From: Desulfobacteria bacterium
Lineage (GTDB): Bacteria > Desulfobacterota > Desulfobacteria > Desulfobacterales > C00003060
NCBI GenBank assembly: GCA_030145395.1
Contig: JAQYVR010000249.1
Span: 1 to 57,474 of the forward strand
Direction of reading: 5' to 3'
Length of the DNA stretch: 57,474 nucleotides
Shown here: positions 27,172 to 36,478 of the stretch, piece after piece
Position numbering within the stretch: position 1 is the stretch's first letter
Layout of the letters: each line of letters opens with the position of its first letter
The notes under the pieces: model-generated
The model's database searches: none
Told to the model about the DNA's origin: nothing
Seen by the model: the letters and a program-made list of their open reading frames with translations, nothing else
Made by a program: the position numbers and the translations under genes

Positions 27172-27275
27172 GCGCTCACTCCTGCAGTTCAAGGATTCAG
27201 GCTTTGAAGCTTAGAACGGTTCCAAAAAACATGTTCTGTTTTGAACCATTATGATTGCCGCAAACGGAACATACT
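27172..27275. repeat. Copy 2 of the upstream module (GCGCTCACTCCTGCAGTTCAA ... AGCTTAGAA ... ATGTTCTG / CGGAACAT)
   Basis: Shares blocks with 54997..55084, 39123..39143 and 3875..3955. Confidence 0.55.
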
Positions 27276-27444
27276 TATGAAAATTACTATGAAGATCCTG
27301 TCTTTGTCTTTTGGTCAACCTGTTGAAATAGCAGGGCAATATTGAAACAGGACACCCAGAATATTCTTTTGGGCAAAACCCTCCAATAGAAAAGGGACAA
27401 AACACAGATAAAACGGGGAGGGAATCCATTGCGATTCACAACAT

Positions 27445-27478
27445 ATCATGTAGTATTTTTGTTGACATACTACATGAT
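27445..27478. promoter_or_regulatory. Perfect 12-bp inverted repeat bracketing a TTGACA hexamer upstream of the T2SS cluster
   Basis: ATCATGTAGTAT (27445..27456), spacer TTTTGTTGAC, then ATACTACATGAT (27467..27478). The TTGACA hexamer is at 27462..27467. Confidence 0.5.
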
Positions 27479-27741
27479 GTGCCTTTAGATTGAGTGGGAC
27501 AATAAGTGAAGTTTCTATGATTGAATCAGATTCTTCAGCTTGAGCCGAGATACACAGCCGAAAAGGATCCATAAGTCTATCGGTATGCGAACCCAGATGC
27601 AGGGTGTTCGAGAGACCCATCCTGTTGACACTAAACAGTGATTATTGTTAACATGCCTAGGAACGTTTTGTAATACGGTTGCCGATTTTTGGGATAAATT
27701 TCGTTCTCCAAGCCAATGGGGTGAGAGAACCCGGGTGTGTT

Positions 27742-28968
27742 ATGCCTGTTTACGAATATACAGCCCTTAATCAGTCTGGAAAAAATGTAAATGGCATCAT
27801 TGATGCGGACAGCCTGGTGGCAGCCCGTCAGAAGCTCCGGGGCTCTGGAATCTTTCCAGTAGATGTAAAAGAGACGTCCGCCAAGCCCAAGGATCCCCGT
27901 TCTAGCCCAGCCTCCTTATCAACCCTTCTTAAGCGGATCAAACCGGCTGAGGTTTCTATAGCAACACGTCAACTCTCTATCTTGTTGGGTGCGGGAGTGC
28001 CCCTGGTTGGATCCTTGGACGCACTGGTCTCCCAGATTACCAATCCGCTTATCAAGAAGATCATGGCTGAGGTTAAGGAGTCCGTGAATGAAGGGAACAG
28101 CCTGGCCCTCGCCCTATCCCAACACCCCAAAGCATTTTCAAATGTATACGTGAACATGGTGCGTGCAGGTGAAGCATCCGGGTCTCTTGACGTGGTTCTG
28201 GACCGTCTGGCAGATTTGGGTGAACATCAACAGGCCTTGAAGGGTCGTTTCCAGGCGGCCTTGGCCTATCCGGTCTTCATGTTCCTTATCGGATCCTTGG
28301 TTCTCTTCTTCTTGATCACATTTGTTGTTCCTAATATTACACAGATCTTCAGCGACATGCAGGCAGCTCTCCCCGTTCCCACCATAGTGTTAATCAATGT
28401 TAGCAATTTCCTAAAGTCTTTTTGGTGGCTTATCCTCATTGGGATAGCGTGTGGCATCGTAATAATAAAGCGATTCATTAAAACACCAAAAGGCCGTTAT
28501 TTTTGGGATGAGGCCAAACTCCGTATCCCCATACTCGGGCCCATCAACAGCAAAATCGCCTTGGGTCGGTTTGGAAGGACGCTTGGCAGTTTGTTGCAGG
28601 CAGGAGTGCCACTCATTTCTGCGCTTCAAATCGTCCGGAACATAGTCAACAATGTTATTCTTGCCGACGTGATTGACAACGCCGTGGAGGAGATTCAAGC
28701 GGGCAAAAGCCTTGCCAGCCCCCTTGCCGAAAGTCGATGGTTTCCCTCCATTGTGGTGCAGATGATATTTGTAGGGGAGCAGAGCGGGGCACTGGAAAAG
28801 ATGCTGGGTAAGATTGCAGACACCTATGAGAGGGACGTGGAATCTAATATAATGGCCATGACTTCCATGCTCGAGCCGGTCATGATCCTGGCCATGGGCG
28901 TGATCATAGGATTCATTGTTGTATCCATACTGCTCCCAATTTTCGAGATGAATCGAATGATACAATAG
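27742..28968 (+). CDS. gspF: Type II secretion inner-membrane platform protein GspF
   Basis: MPVYEYTALNQSGKNVNGIIDADS N-terminus, duplicated T2SSF domains and three TM segments. Confidence 0.9.
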   Translation: MPVYEYTALNQSGKNVNGIIDADSLVAARQKLRGSGIFPVDVKETSAKPKDPRSSPASLSTLLKRIKPAEVSIATRQLSILLGAGVPLVGSLDALVSQITNPLIKKIMAEVKESVNEGNSLALALSQHPKAFSNVYVNMVRAGEASGSLDVVLDRLADLGEHQQALKGRFQAALAYPVFMFLIGSLVLFFLITFVVPNITQIFSDMQAALPVPTIVLINVSNFLKSFWWLILIGIACGIVIIKRFIKTPKGRYFWDEAKLRIPILGPINSKIALGRFGRTLGSLLQAGVPLISALQIVRNIVNNVILADVIDNAVEEIQAGKSLASPLAESRWFPSIVVQMIFVGEQSGALEKMLGKIADTYERDVESNIMAMTSMLEPVMILAMGVIIGFIVVSILLPIFEMNRMIQ

Positions 28969-29036
28969 GGGCTGTTTGATAAACCGATTTCAGGCAAGGC
29001 TGAAAAAACTATCAAAACAATAAGGGGTGAATATCA

Positions 29037-29480
29037 ATGATCCGAAAGAAGTCAGACAATCGTGGTTTCACGCTGATAGAGCTCATGGTCGTCATTGTGA
29101 TCCTGGGTATTCTGGCAGGCCTTATTATTCCCAGAATTATGGGCAGACCAGAAGAGGCAAGACGCATGAAGGCCAGGATTCAGATCGAAAGCATAGAAAC
29201 CTCCTTGCAGCTGTACAAGCTTGACAACGGCAATTACCCCACAACTGACCAAGGCCTCCAGGCCCTGATTGAAGCCCCCTCAGTGGGACAGCTTCCGAGA
29301 GCCTGGCGCGAAGGCGGTTATATGGAAAAAGGTAAGGTCCCCAAAGATCCATGGAGAACCGAATACGTTTATCTTTCCCCGGGGGTCAATGGCGACTACG
29401 ACCTTTCCTCTTACGGTCCTGATGAGGAACCTGGAGGCGAAGGAAATGATGCAGATATAAACAGTTGGGAACTTGAGTAA
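29037..29480 (+). CDS. gspG: Major pseudopilin GspG
   Basis: RGFTLIELMVVIVILGILAGLIIP prepilin motif; the GspG-specific KDPW and YxYxSPG..GDYDLxSxGxD blocks are present. Confidence 0.9.
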   Translation: MIRKKSDNRGFTLIELMVVIVILGILAGLIIPRIMGRPEEARRMKARIQIESIETSLQLYKLDNGNYPTTDQGLQALIEAPSVGQLPRAWREGGYMEKGKVPKDPWRTEYVYLSPGVNGDYDLSSYGPDEEPGGEGNDADINSWELE

Positions 29481-29632
29481 CACTGAGCAAGTCTGCCATC
29501 TTGAGATTCGTTCACATTCCTCTCAGTCCCGATCAATCAGGACGGGGAATGCGCTGGCTTTTGCGGTTTAAAGGTTTGTAGACAAATCGAACCGGCCATT
29601 CGTCTTATGAATCAGAGGGAGTCCAACCCAAG

Positions 29633-30139
29633 TTGAACCTCGGGAAAAAGGGTTTTACGTTCATCGAGTTAACGGTTGTCCTCGTATTGATTGGCCTGAC
29701 ACTGAGCCTCGCTGTGCCGAGGTTTCGTTACGCGATGTTGACCGATGACCTGAAGGGCACTGTACGCCGAATGGTGGGTACCGTCAGGAGCTTGAGAAAC
29801 GAGGCAATCCGGGAACAGAAGTTCTATGCACTCCATTTTGACCTTGAAGCTAACCGCTTGTGGATAAACTCCGAAGACATGACAGACGAAGAACGGATGG
29901 AGGCGCACCAAAGGGCTTTTCAACTGCCGGATGGGGTTCGTGTACTGGATGTTTGGCGGAGAGGAAAGGGCAAGGAGTCGGCAGGTGAGGTGGCTATCCA
30001 CTTTACCAAGAAGGGATATATGGAGGAATCGGTTATCCATCTTGGGGCAGAGGACGGCAGACAGTTCACGCTGATCTTTAGCCCTTTTATTGGAAGGGTC
30101 AAATTGCTTGAGGAATATATAGACTTTGTGGATGTTTAG
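29633..30139 (+). CDS. gspH: Minor pseudopilin GspH-like (TTG start)
   Basis: KKGFTFIELTVVLVLIGL prepilin motif. Size and position after gspG fit GspH. Confidence 0.7.
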   Translation: MNLGKKGFTFIELTVVLVLIGLTLSLAVPRFRYAMLTDDLKGTVRRMVGTVRSLRNEAIREQKFYALHFDLEANRLWINSEDMTDEERMEAHQRAFQLPDGVRVLDVWRRGKGKESAGEVAIHFTKKGYMEESVIHLGAEDGRQFTLIFSPFIGRVKLLEEYIDFVDV

Positions 30140-30141
30140 TC

Positions 30142-30546
30142 GTGATTTCGATAACAAACGATAATTCTTGTGGTTTTACACTCTTGGAAGTGATGGTGGC
30201 GATGGCCATCATAGCCATTGCTCTGGTGGCTGTGCTGGGTTCACAATCTCAGAGTGTCTCATTGGCCAGTGAAGCCAAATTCGGTACGGTTGCCAGCTTT
30301 TTAGCGCAAAGCAAAATGGCTGAAATGGAGTTTCTGGACCCGGATGATCTAACGCCTGATGCCGGTGATTTCGGTGAGGATTTTCCGGACTATCGTTGGG
30401 ATATGCAGGTTAGTGACATTACGCTCGTTGAATCTGAAAACATTTCAGATTATCTCAAACAAATTGATTTGACGATTTCCTGGGGCGAGGACGGCCTATA
30501 CCAGTACAGCCTTAGACTATACAGATCGGTGCTGGAAACCGGGTAG
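30142..30546 (+). CDS. gspI: Minor pseudopilin GspI-like (GTG start)
   Basis: CGFTLLEVMVAMAIIAIAL prepilin motif, 134 aa. Confidence 0.7.
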   Translation: MISITNDNSCGFTLLEVMVAMAIIAIALVAVLGSQSQSVSLASEAKFGTVASFLAQSKMAEMEFLDPDDLTPDAGDFGEDFPDYRWDMQVSDITLVESENISDYLKQIDLTISWGEDGLYQYSLRLYRSVLETG

Positions 30547-30550
30547 CAGG

Positions 30551-31339
30551 ATGCGTTTCCGCAAATCAGAACCATCGGTCCACCGTAGGCAGGACAGGGC
30601 TCTATCGATGAAGATACCTTGCTCTCTTTGCCACTGCGGTGAGGACCGTTCAGGTTTTACACTGCTGGAGATCATCCTGGCCCTGTTCATTTTTACCATC
30701 GTTCTCTCCTTAATCTATACCTCTTACACTGGAACGTTTCGCATCGTAGATGAGACGGAATATCAGGCCGATATTTACAGAATGGCCCGAATTGCGATTG
30801 AAAGAATATATGAGGATTTGGAATCTGTTTATGCCCCGCAGGATGCAAAACCCTCTGAATTAGATGAGGAAGATGGCCAGTTTGGCAAATTCGAGGGCAA
30901 TGAGGCCGAAATCGATGGCAACCGTGCTGACCGCCTCAGCTTCACATCCAGAGCGCATCTTGTCTTCAGCGAGGAAGACCAGCCTGCTGGAACTGCCGTA
31001 ATAGAATACTTGGTCGAGGAGAATGATAGTGATGATGAAGGGGCTCTTTTGCTCTTTCGCAAAGACACCCCGGGCGTTGGAGAGACCCCTGACGAAGAGA
31101 GCCGTGGACTTGTACTTTGTGAGCAACTGCAGTCGGTGAGTTTCACCTATTATGACGCCGAGGGTGAGGCACACGAAAACTGGGATTCCACAAGCGAGGA
31201 ATTCGAGAACATGGTGCCAAACATGGTATCCGTACTGCTTGAATTTGTAAATAAGGCCGATCCCGAGGCGCCCTTTAAATTCTTGACAACCGTGACACTG
31301 CCAATGGGCGGAGGGGGGAGCGACGAGGAAAGTGTATAG
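30551..31339 (+). CDS. gspJ: Minor pseudopilin GspJ-like
   Basis: RSGFTLLEIILALFIFTIV prepilin motif with an acidic C-terminal half. An alternative start is ATG 30608. Confidence 0.65.
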   Translation: MRFRKSEPSVHRRQDRALSMKIPCSLCHCGEDRSGFTLLEIILALFIFTIVLSLIYTSYTGTFRIVDETEYQADIYRMARIAIERIYEDLESVYAPQDAKPSELDEEDGQFGKFEGNEAEIDGNRADRLSFTSRAHLVFSEEDQPAGTAVIEYLVEENDSDDEGALLLFRKDTPGVGETPDEESRGLVLCEQLQSVSFTYYDAEGEAHENWDSTSEEFENMVPNMVSVLLEFVNKADPEAPFKFLTTVTLPMGGGGSDEESV

Positions 31340-31423
31340 AACCCATCTCAAAAATGTGAATCAGGGTTCAGGGCAAGTCGTAGATCCCGAGCTTGCCGTC
31401 GGGGGCACGGGGCTGCGATAACC

Positions 31424-32404
31424 ATGGCAAGGTTTCTACAAAACAATAAAGGGATAGCGCTGATCCTTACGATCCTTATCATTAGCCTGCTCGTCTCGTT
31501 GACGCTCCAGTTCAACAGATCCATGAGGTCTGATGTGCACGCAGCTGCCAATCTCCGGGACGGCATAAAGCTAGGCTGTATTGCCAAGTCAGGATTCAAC
31601 TCTTCCCTGGCGGTTCTCCTCGGGGACGCCTCAGAAGGGAAGGTCGATTCTCTGCATGAGACTTGGGCAGATCCGAAAACTCTTTCTGAGAATTCGGCTT
31701 CACTGTTCAACCAGGGTCGGTTTGAGGCCCAGGTTTTGGATCACTCGGCAAGGATTCAGATCAACAGCCTGGTTGACGATCAGCAACCGCAAAAGTTTGT
31801 TCCTGCCCAAAGGGATATTTTGAAACGTCTTTTGACGCAATTCAGCCTGGAAGACGAAGAGGCCGAGAATATCATCAACGCCATTAAAGACTGGATCGAT
31901 TCGGACAGTACGGATACGGACGAGTTTTCTCGTGCGGAAAACGCTTATTATCAGGGACTGCAAAGACCTTATGCCTGCAAGAATGCCCCTATACACTTCT
32001 TGGAAGAGTTGCTTCTCGTGAGAGGCATTACCGAAGAGCTCTTTTACGGCAACGAAGAGATGCCTGGCATCGCGGACTTTCTGAGTCCTGTTGGGGACGG
32101 CATCATCAATATCAACACGGCAGATCCTGTCGTGTTGAAGACCCTTTCAGCGGAGATTACCGACGAAATGGTCACAAACATGCTCGAATACCGAGACGAC
32201 GAAGAAAGGGACCTGTCAGCAATAAACTGGAACGAGAGGGTTGGGGTGAGTGATGTGCCGGTTGAAGACAGTTTGCTCGCCACCTCAAGCACCTACTTTG
32301 AGATTATCTCAAAAGGTTTCAAGGGAGCCATGGTCAAGCAAGTCATAGGAATGGTCAAGAGGACAGAGCAGGAGTTCGAAGTCCTATCATGGAAAATAGA
32401 GTAG
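31424..32404 (+). CDS. gspK: Minor pseudopilin GspK
   Basis: NKGIALILTILIISLL (non-methylated GspK-type N-terminus), 326 aa. A KINLNTA-like INTADPVVLKTL helix-hairpin-helix region is present. Confidence 0.8.
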   Translation: MARFLQNNKGIALILTILIISLLVSLTLQFNRSMRSDVHAAANLRDGIKLGCIAKSGFNSSLAVLLGDASEGKVDSLHETWADPKTLSENSASLFNQGRFEAQVLDHSARIQINSLVDDQQPQKFVPAQRDILKRLLTQFSLEDEEAENIINAIKDWIDSDSTDTDEFSRAENAYYQGLQRPYACKNAPIHFLEELLLVRGITEELFYGNEEMPGIADFLSPVGDGIININTADPVVLKTLSAEITDEMVTNMLEYRDDEERDLSAINWNERVGVSDVPVEDSLLATSSTYFEIISKGFKGAMVKQVIGMVKRTEQEFEVLSWKIE

Positions 32405-32475
32405 CCTGTCAGTTTCTTGAGGTTGTGTTAATAGCTATGAACCGAACAGACCCGACAAACCAATAATTACTTGCC

Positions 32476-33975
32476 ATGCCAGAAGAAATCCTCAGTCTTG
32501 ATATAAGCTCGGATTCAGTTTCCGCAGTTAAGGTTACACGGAGACTGAAGGAGCACCACGTGACGGCCTGCGGCCATGTTATGATAGAAGAGGTGGGGGG
32601 CTTGGAGGAGGCCTTGAAGGCCCTTGTTGAACGGGTCGGTCCGGGTGATGTCTGTTTCAGCGCTCTTCCCGGGGAACATGTATCGTACCGGAATCTCCGA
32701 ATGCCTTTCAGAGACAAGAAAAAGATTAGACAGACCCTTCTCTTTGAACTTGAGACAATAGTCCCTTTTCCTGTGGAAGATCTGGTAGTCGATTTCACTA
32801 TGGTTGACCAGTCGGATCAAAGCGAAATCCTGGCCGCCTCTCTCAAGCGCACATATGTCTCCGAGCAGCTGGAGCATTTGCGGGCCAACGACATCGATCC
32901 CGAGGTTCTCGATATTAGCGGCGTGCCAACCCTCAGCTGGCTTCTAAGGCAAACAGGGACACCCGACGACGGACTCCTTCTGCAAATTGGCCGCAAGAGC
33001 AGCACTGTGATCCTGTACCATAGAAGACGCATCGCCTTGATTCGTACCTTTTCTCTTAACAGCGGGACAGTGGCAGGGACTGCGTTAAACGGGACTGGCA
33101 ATGGCCAGAAGGATATTGTAGCGTCTGAGCAGATTGAATCCTATCTCAGGTCATTTTGCACAGAGCTGAAAAATACCCTCCACGCGTTTGAATGGCAGAA
33201 CAAAAAGACGGTCCATCCCGAAAAGGTCTTTGTTACAGGTAGCGGGGCCCTTCGTCCGGATACAGAGGACCTCTTGAACAGGTTCCTTGACCTTCCGGTT
33301 GAAAGGGTCGACCTGAGCAGGGATCCAGGGATTTATATGGATGAGGAAATAGCCAGCGCATGGAACCCCGCCCTTATGGACAACGCTCTTGCCCTGGCAG
33401 TTAGGAAGACCAAAGAGGACTTGGGTTTCAATTTCAGGCGGGATGAGTTTGAAGCAAGAAAAGAGTATTTTGGACACAAGAAGGAGATTCGCAAAGTCGC
33501 AGCCTTCTTGATAATCGTTCTGTTGCTCCTATCCCTTGATCTGGGTGCAGACTACTATTTTTTGAAACAACGGTACAATATGCTTGATGGCCAAATCACA
33601 AAGGTGTTCAAAGAAACGTTTCCGGATACGAAACGGATAGTCAATCCGGGCCACCAGATGAAGGTTAGAATAAACGAGCTCAAGAAGACTGCCTTGTCGA
33701 TTCCCGGAATTGGCGGGAACGGTAAGGTTCTTGACCTGATAAGAGATGTCTCGGTGCGCGTCCCGGAATCTGCGGATGTGCACGTTTCCCGCATGGTGGT
33801 TGACGCGAACACGGTTCTGATTAAGGGTGAAACAGACACATTCAACACAGTGGACACGATCAAAAAGGGGCTGGAGCCCTCAGACTATTTTAGTGCAGTG
33901 ACCATCAGTTCCGCTAATCTTGACCGATCCGGCAACCGAGTCAAATTTGAGATGAAGTTGCAGCGTGCCGAATAG
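32476..33975 (+). CDS. gspL: GspL / PilM-PilN-like assembly protein
   Basis: 499 aa with an actin-like cytoplasmic N-domain (ILSLDISSDSV...), a single TM near residue 345 and a periplasmic C-domain. Confidence 0.65.
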   Translation: MPEEILSLDISSDSVSAVKVTRRLKEHHVTACGHVMIEEVGGLEEALKALVERVGPGDVCFSALPGEHVSYRNLRMPFRDKKKIRQTLLFELETIVPFPVEDLVVDFTMVDQSDQSEILAASLKRTYVSEQLEHLRANDIDPEVLDISGVPTLSWLLRQTGTPDDGLLLQIGRKSSTVILYHRRRIALIRTFSLNSGTVAGTALNGTGNGQKDIVASEQIESYLRSFCTELKNTLHAFEWQNKKTVHPEKVFVTGSGALRPDTEDLLNRFLDLPVERVDLSRDPGIYMDEEIASAWNPALMDNALALAVRKTKEDLGFNFRRDEFEARKEYFGHKKEIRKVAAFLIIVLLLLSLDLGADYYFLKQRYNMLDGQITKVFKETFPDTKRIVNPGHQMKVRINELKKTALSIPGIGGNGKVLDLIRDVSVRVPESADVHVSRMVVDANTVLIKGETDTFNTVDTIKKGLEPSDYFSAVTISSANLDRSGNRVKFEMKLQRAE

Positions 33976-34077
33976 ACCCGTTAATCGTGTAAACGGCTAT
34001 CGGTTGCGCAACTCGTTTCGGTAACCGTCAAACATAGAACGTAAAGAGCCGCGCAACCGAAGGTCGAATAGCAAAAC

Positions 34078-34593
34078 ATGAAGCTTGCAAAGCGTGAAAA
34101 ATATCTAATATTGACTGCGGCTGTCTGTATCGTAATCTTTCTCCTGTTTCAGTTCCTTATTTTTCCAATCCTTGACAGCAAAAAGCGAACTGCAAGTGGC
34201 CTTAAAGCCAAAGAGACGGGACTTGATGAGATTATGAAGCTGAGCGCTGAATATCAGACGTATCAAAAAAGTTCTCAGGGCCTCCAGCAGGCCCTTGCCG
34301 GGCGCAAGAAGGGCTTTACACTCTTTGCATTTCTGGAAGAGGCAGCAGGCAAAGCTGAGGTCAAGGCAAATATTAAGTATATGAAACCATCTGGATCGTC
34401 CGGCACAGGGCCTTACAAGGAATCGACGGTCGAGATGAAATTGGAGGCAATCACCTTGGAGCAGTTGGTTGGATACCTGTACAGGATCGAGTCACCGGAT
34501 AATTTAGTGAATATCAAACGTATTTCAATTAACGAAAACAAGAAGGAAGCGGGTTACCTGGATGCTGTCATGCAGGTACTAACCTTTCAATAG
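34078..34593 (+). CDS. gspM: GspM-like protein
   Basis: 171 aa with an N-terminal TM anchor, positioned after gspL. Confidence 0.55.
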   Translation: MKLAKREKYLILTAAVCIVIFLLFQFLIFPILDSKKRTASGLKAKETGLDEIMKLSAEYQTYQKSSQGLQQALAGRKKGFTLFAFLEEAAGKAEVKANIKYMKPSGSSGTGPYKESTVEMKLEAITLEQLVGYLYRIESPDNLVNIKRISINENKKEAGYLDAVMQVLTFQ

Positions 34594-34668
34594 ACCCTAA
34601 TGCTGCAAAAGCCGAGGATGCTGGAAATGCAAGGCGTCAAGGGTTAAGCCACGTAAACGGAAATCACC

Positions 34669-35595
34669 ATGAAATTGAAAATCAATTTTAAGTCGCTCCG
34701 CATGAAGGGCCTTATATCAAAGCGAAAGGAATGGTTCGGATATCTCCTTTTTGCCCTGATTTTCACAGTGGCGCTTTTGTTCTATTGTTTTCCGTCAGAT
34801 GCCGTGCAGGACTACTTTCGGGCCATGGGTCTCAGGGCGAACCCCCGTCTGGCTCTTTCGGCCGACCGCATAGAACCATCAATTCTCGTTGGTTTGAAGT
34901 TCATGAAAACCAAAGTCGCTCTGGAAGATACGCCTGATAGAGTCATTCTGACCGCAGAACGTGTTTTGATCAAACCTCAGTTATTATCGTTATTGCTCGG
35001 CAAATCGAAGTTTTCCTTTCACTGTGCGGCGTACCAAGGCGATGCATCCGGCAGTGTCCTTTTCACAAAGGATCCCAAGATGGGTTTCATCGACACGGAA
35101 ATGGCATTGACCAATATTCACCTGGGGGATTATCCCTATCTTTCACATCTGATTGGCCGTCCCCTGGAAGGAACGCTTGGCGGAACCATCTCATACAGTG
35201 GCCACAACCTCATGTCGGATGGCTCAGGAAAAGCAAACCTGAGGTTGTCAGACGGCAAGGTGAATTTTGTGCAGCCATTTCTGACCTTGGAGTCAATCGA
35301 TTTTAGAGAAATGGAAATCGATGCGGTTTTTGAGAAACAGAAGATCAATGTGACACGTCTGGAATTAAAGGGGGAACAGCTGCAAGGAACCTTGTCGGGA
35401 ACCATAACCATAAAAGAACAACTAGACCAAAGCAGCCTTGATCTGAAAGGCACTATTGAGCCGTTTGCAGCACTTTTCAAAAGCAATCCGGAAATTCAGG
35501 CTACCGTGGCGGTTTTAAAACAGCGTCTTGACCAGGGAACTCTCTCCTTTGTGATCCATGGAACCGTGAAGGAGCCGCTAATCAAATTTACGTAG
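34669..35595 (+). CDS. gspN: GspN-like protein
   Basis: 308 aa with an N-terminal anchor and a beta-rich periplasmic body, positioned after gspM. Called by context and general resemblance. Confidence 0.5.
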   Translation: MKLKINFKSLRMKGLISKRKEWFGYLLFALIFTVALLFYCFPSDAVQDYFRAMGLRANPRLALSADRIEPSILVGLKFMKTKVALEDTPDRVILTAERVLIKPQLLSLLLGKSKFSFHCAAYQGDASGSVLFTKDPKMGFIDTEMALTNIHLGDYPYLSHLIGRPLEGTLGGTISYSGHNLMSDGSGKANLRLSDGKVNFVQPFLTLESIDFREMEIDAVFEKQKINVTRLELKGEQLQGTLSGTITIKEQLDQSSLDLKGTIEPFAALFKSNPEIQATVAVLKQRLDQGTLSFVIHGTVKEPLIKFT

Positions 35596-35607
35596 GCCGT
35601 AAAACTT

Positions 35608-36474
35608 ATGCCGAAGCGTTATCACACCATTTTCAACATTCTTGCATTGTCAATCATCATTTACATTGGGGTCGATATCTTTTATACGTTCGTGGGCGCA
35701 AGGCTAAGGCAACATGATACCAAGACCGTTGTGGTGAAGGACAAGCCAGGTGACCAAAGGCAACAGAAGCAGCCCTTAGACCATTACAAGTCGATCACGG
35801 GGAAGAATATCTTTGACTCTACAGACGCCATCGCGAAGAAAGTAAAGGAAGAGGACATAGAGGCCCTTGAACCCACCTCGCTTAAGATTGCCCTCTTAGG
35901 GACAGTGACGGGACAGAATGCCTATGCCGTTATCGAGGAAACCAACAAGAGAAAACAGGGTCTATTCAGGGTCGGGGACAGCGTTCAGACAGCCGTCATC
36001 AAAATGATCTTGAGGGGAAAGGTTATCCTTAGAGTCGATAATAGAGATGAGATACTCACGATGGATGAGGCGGCCTCCGCCCGATCAACCGAAACCCAAA
36101 AGAAGGGGGTGGCAAGGCCTTCTCGGAGAGGGCGTGGGAAGTCCCCTGCGAGGGGACGAACTGTAACGGTAAAGCGTTCAGATGTTGACGCGTCCCTTGA
36201 AGATATAAGCCAGCTGTTGTCACAGGCGCGCGTTCGACCTCACTTCAAGGACGGTAAGCCGGACGGATTGGCTATCAGCAGGATCAAGAAAGACTCCTTT
36301 TTTGGGAAATTGGGGCTAAAGGATGGAGACGTTGTCCAGGCAATAGATAACCAGGATATCAAAAGCCCGGATGACATAATGGAGTTATACAAAAAAATGA
36401 AATCAGGCTCTGGTGTCGGAGTGCAGATAGACCGAAAAGGTCAACAACAAACCATAAACTACACTTTTAGGTAA
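35608..36474 (+). CDS. gspC: GspC-like protein with C-terminal PDZ domain
   Basis: N-terminal TM anchor and a C-terminal PDZ-like segment (GLKDGDVVQAIDNQDIKSPDD). Confidence 0.6.
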   Translation: MPKRYHTIFNILALSIIIYIGVDIFYTFVGARLRQHDTKTVVVKDKPGDQRQQKQPLDHYKSITGKNIFDSTDAIAKKVKEEDIEALEPTSLKIALLGTVTGQNAYAVIEETNKRKQGLFRVGDSVQTAVIKMILRGKVILRVDNRDEILTMDEAASARSTETQKKGVARPSRRGRGKSPARGRTVTVKRSDVDASLEDISQLLSQARVRPHFKDGKPDGLAISRIKKDSFFGKLGLKDGDVVQAIDNQDIKSPDDIMELYKKMKSGSGVGVQIDRKGQQQTINYTFR

Positions 36475-36478
36475 AGCC

